Assembly (NCBI RefSeq): GCF_002105155.1
Contig: NW_019028993.1
Span: forward strand, 1 to 64,000
Source: Lobosporangium transversale
Lineage: Eukaryota
Length of the DNA: 64,000 nucleotides
Direction: 5' to 3'
Made by a program: the position numbers and the translations under genes. The notes below the pieces were generated by a model. The model had not been told where the DNA came from, searched no databases, and saw only the letters and a list, made by a program, of their open reading frames with translations. Shown one piece after another: positions 62,897 to 64,000 of the stretch. Numbering within the stretch: position 1 is the first letter of the stretch; every line of letters begins with the position of its first letter.

Positions 62897-64000
62897 TTCT
62901 CACACACATGTGATTGCTTGAATGGTTAATCGCAATATATTTTATAAATAAGTGGTGATTGCAATTTTTTTTTTTTTTTTTTTTTCCTTCCTTCCAAACA
63001 CTAGTTACTCACCCTTGTTATCTCACACTCAATCTCTCTTTTATAGTACCCTGATACCCGTGGAAATGTCTCCGACTACAAAGGTCTCGCCGACAAGATC
63101 CATGGATATGGCGCTCAGGTGGTCGCTGCCACTGATTTGATGGCCTTGACCCTCTTGACTCCTCCTGGCGAGTGGGGCGCTGATATTGCCCTCGGAAACT
63201 CACAACGCTTCGGTGTCCCTCTCGGCTTTGGTGGACCTCATGCCGCATTCTTCGCCTGCAAGGATCAACACAAGCGCAGGATGCCCGGTCGCTTAGTCGG
63301 TGTCTCCAAAGATGCTCAGGGCAACCAGGCCTACCGTCTCGCCCTTCAGACTCGCGAGCAGCACATTCGCCGTGAGAAGGCCACTTCCAACATTTGCACT
63401 GCTCAGGCTCTTTTGGCCAACATGGCTGCTCTCTATGCTGTCTACCACGGACCTGAGGGCATCAAGAACATTGCTCAACGCATTCACAACATGACTGCCA
63501 TCTTTGCTGAGGGAGTTCGCGAGGCCGGCCACAAGGTCGAAAACGAGCAGTTCTTTGATACCTTGGCTATTAAGGTCCAGGGCGGTGCTGACAACGTCGT
63601 CAAGAAGGCTCTCGCTGCTGGAATCAACATTCGCCAATTCGATGCTGATACTGTCGGTGTCACCTTTGACGAGTCATGCAACAAGGCAGAGCTTGATGAA
63701 CTTATCAAGGTCTTCACCAAGGATGGCGCCTCAACTCCTGATCTCCTTAGCATTGCTCAGAAGCTCAACATTTCAGAGACAAGTCCTGCGAATGTTTTGG
63801 ACAACAAGTTCATCCGTACCTCAGAATACCTTACCCACAAGATCTTCAACTCCTATCATTCAGAGACTGAGATGCTTCGCTATCTGTATCGCCTTCAGAA
63901 CAAGGATCTCTCGCTAACTCACTCGATGATCCCTCTCGGTTCCTGCACCATGAAGCTCAATGCCACCACCGAGATGATCCCTGTCACTTGGCCTGAGCTT
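61578..64000 (+). CDS. GCV2: Glycine decarboxylase (GCS P-protein), mitochondrial; runs off the window end
   Basis: [103 protein letters not shown]. Confidence 0.97.

Overview
Eukaryotic, intron-rich fungal DNA with very long poly(A)/poly(T) tracts. Gene content and style suggest an early-diverging fungus, probably Mortierellaceae (inference). Recognisable housekeeping genes: a ZNHIT2-like zf-HIT protein, a complex I NUUM-like subunit, proteasome beta1 (PRE3), PRP45/SNW1, GGC1, tropomyosin, MAK11, a METTL6-like methyltransferase, ROK1, a bacterial-type mitochondrial HisRS, LMW-PTP and the 5' part of glycine decarboxylase (GCV2). The most striking accessory content is an unannotated family of five intronless ~550-590 aa three-TM proteins plus one truncated copy. 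They have a variable ectodomain with six invariant Cys and lie in two oppositely oriented clusters (13.4-17.2 kb and 45.5-53.3 kb). Also present: tandem PPxY/adhesin-like membrane proteins, tandem C2 proteins (one fused to a chitin-binding CBM5/12 module), a fatty acyl-CoA reductase interrupted by a single TAG, a 123-aa ultra-short tropomyosin, two MITEs (a 324-bp TA-flanked foldback and a 109-bp hAT-type with an 8-bp TSD), a Tc1 transposase relic and decayed ORFs. All gene models were read by eye; no searches were run.
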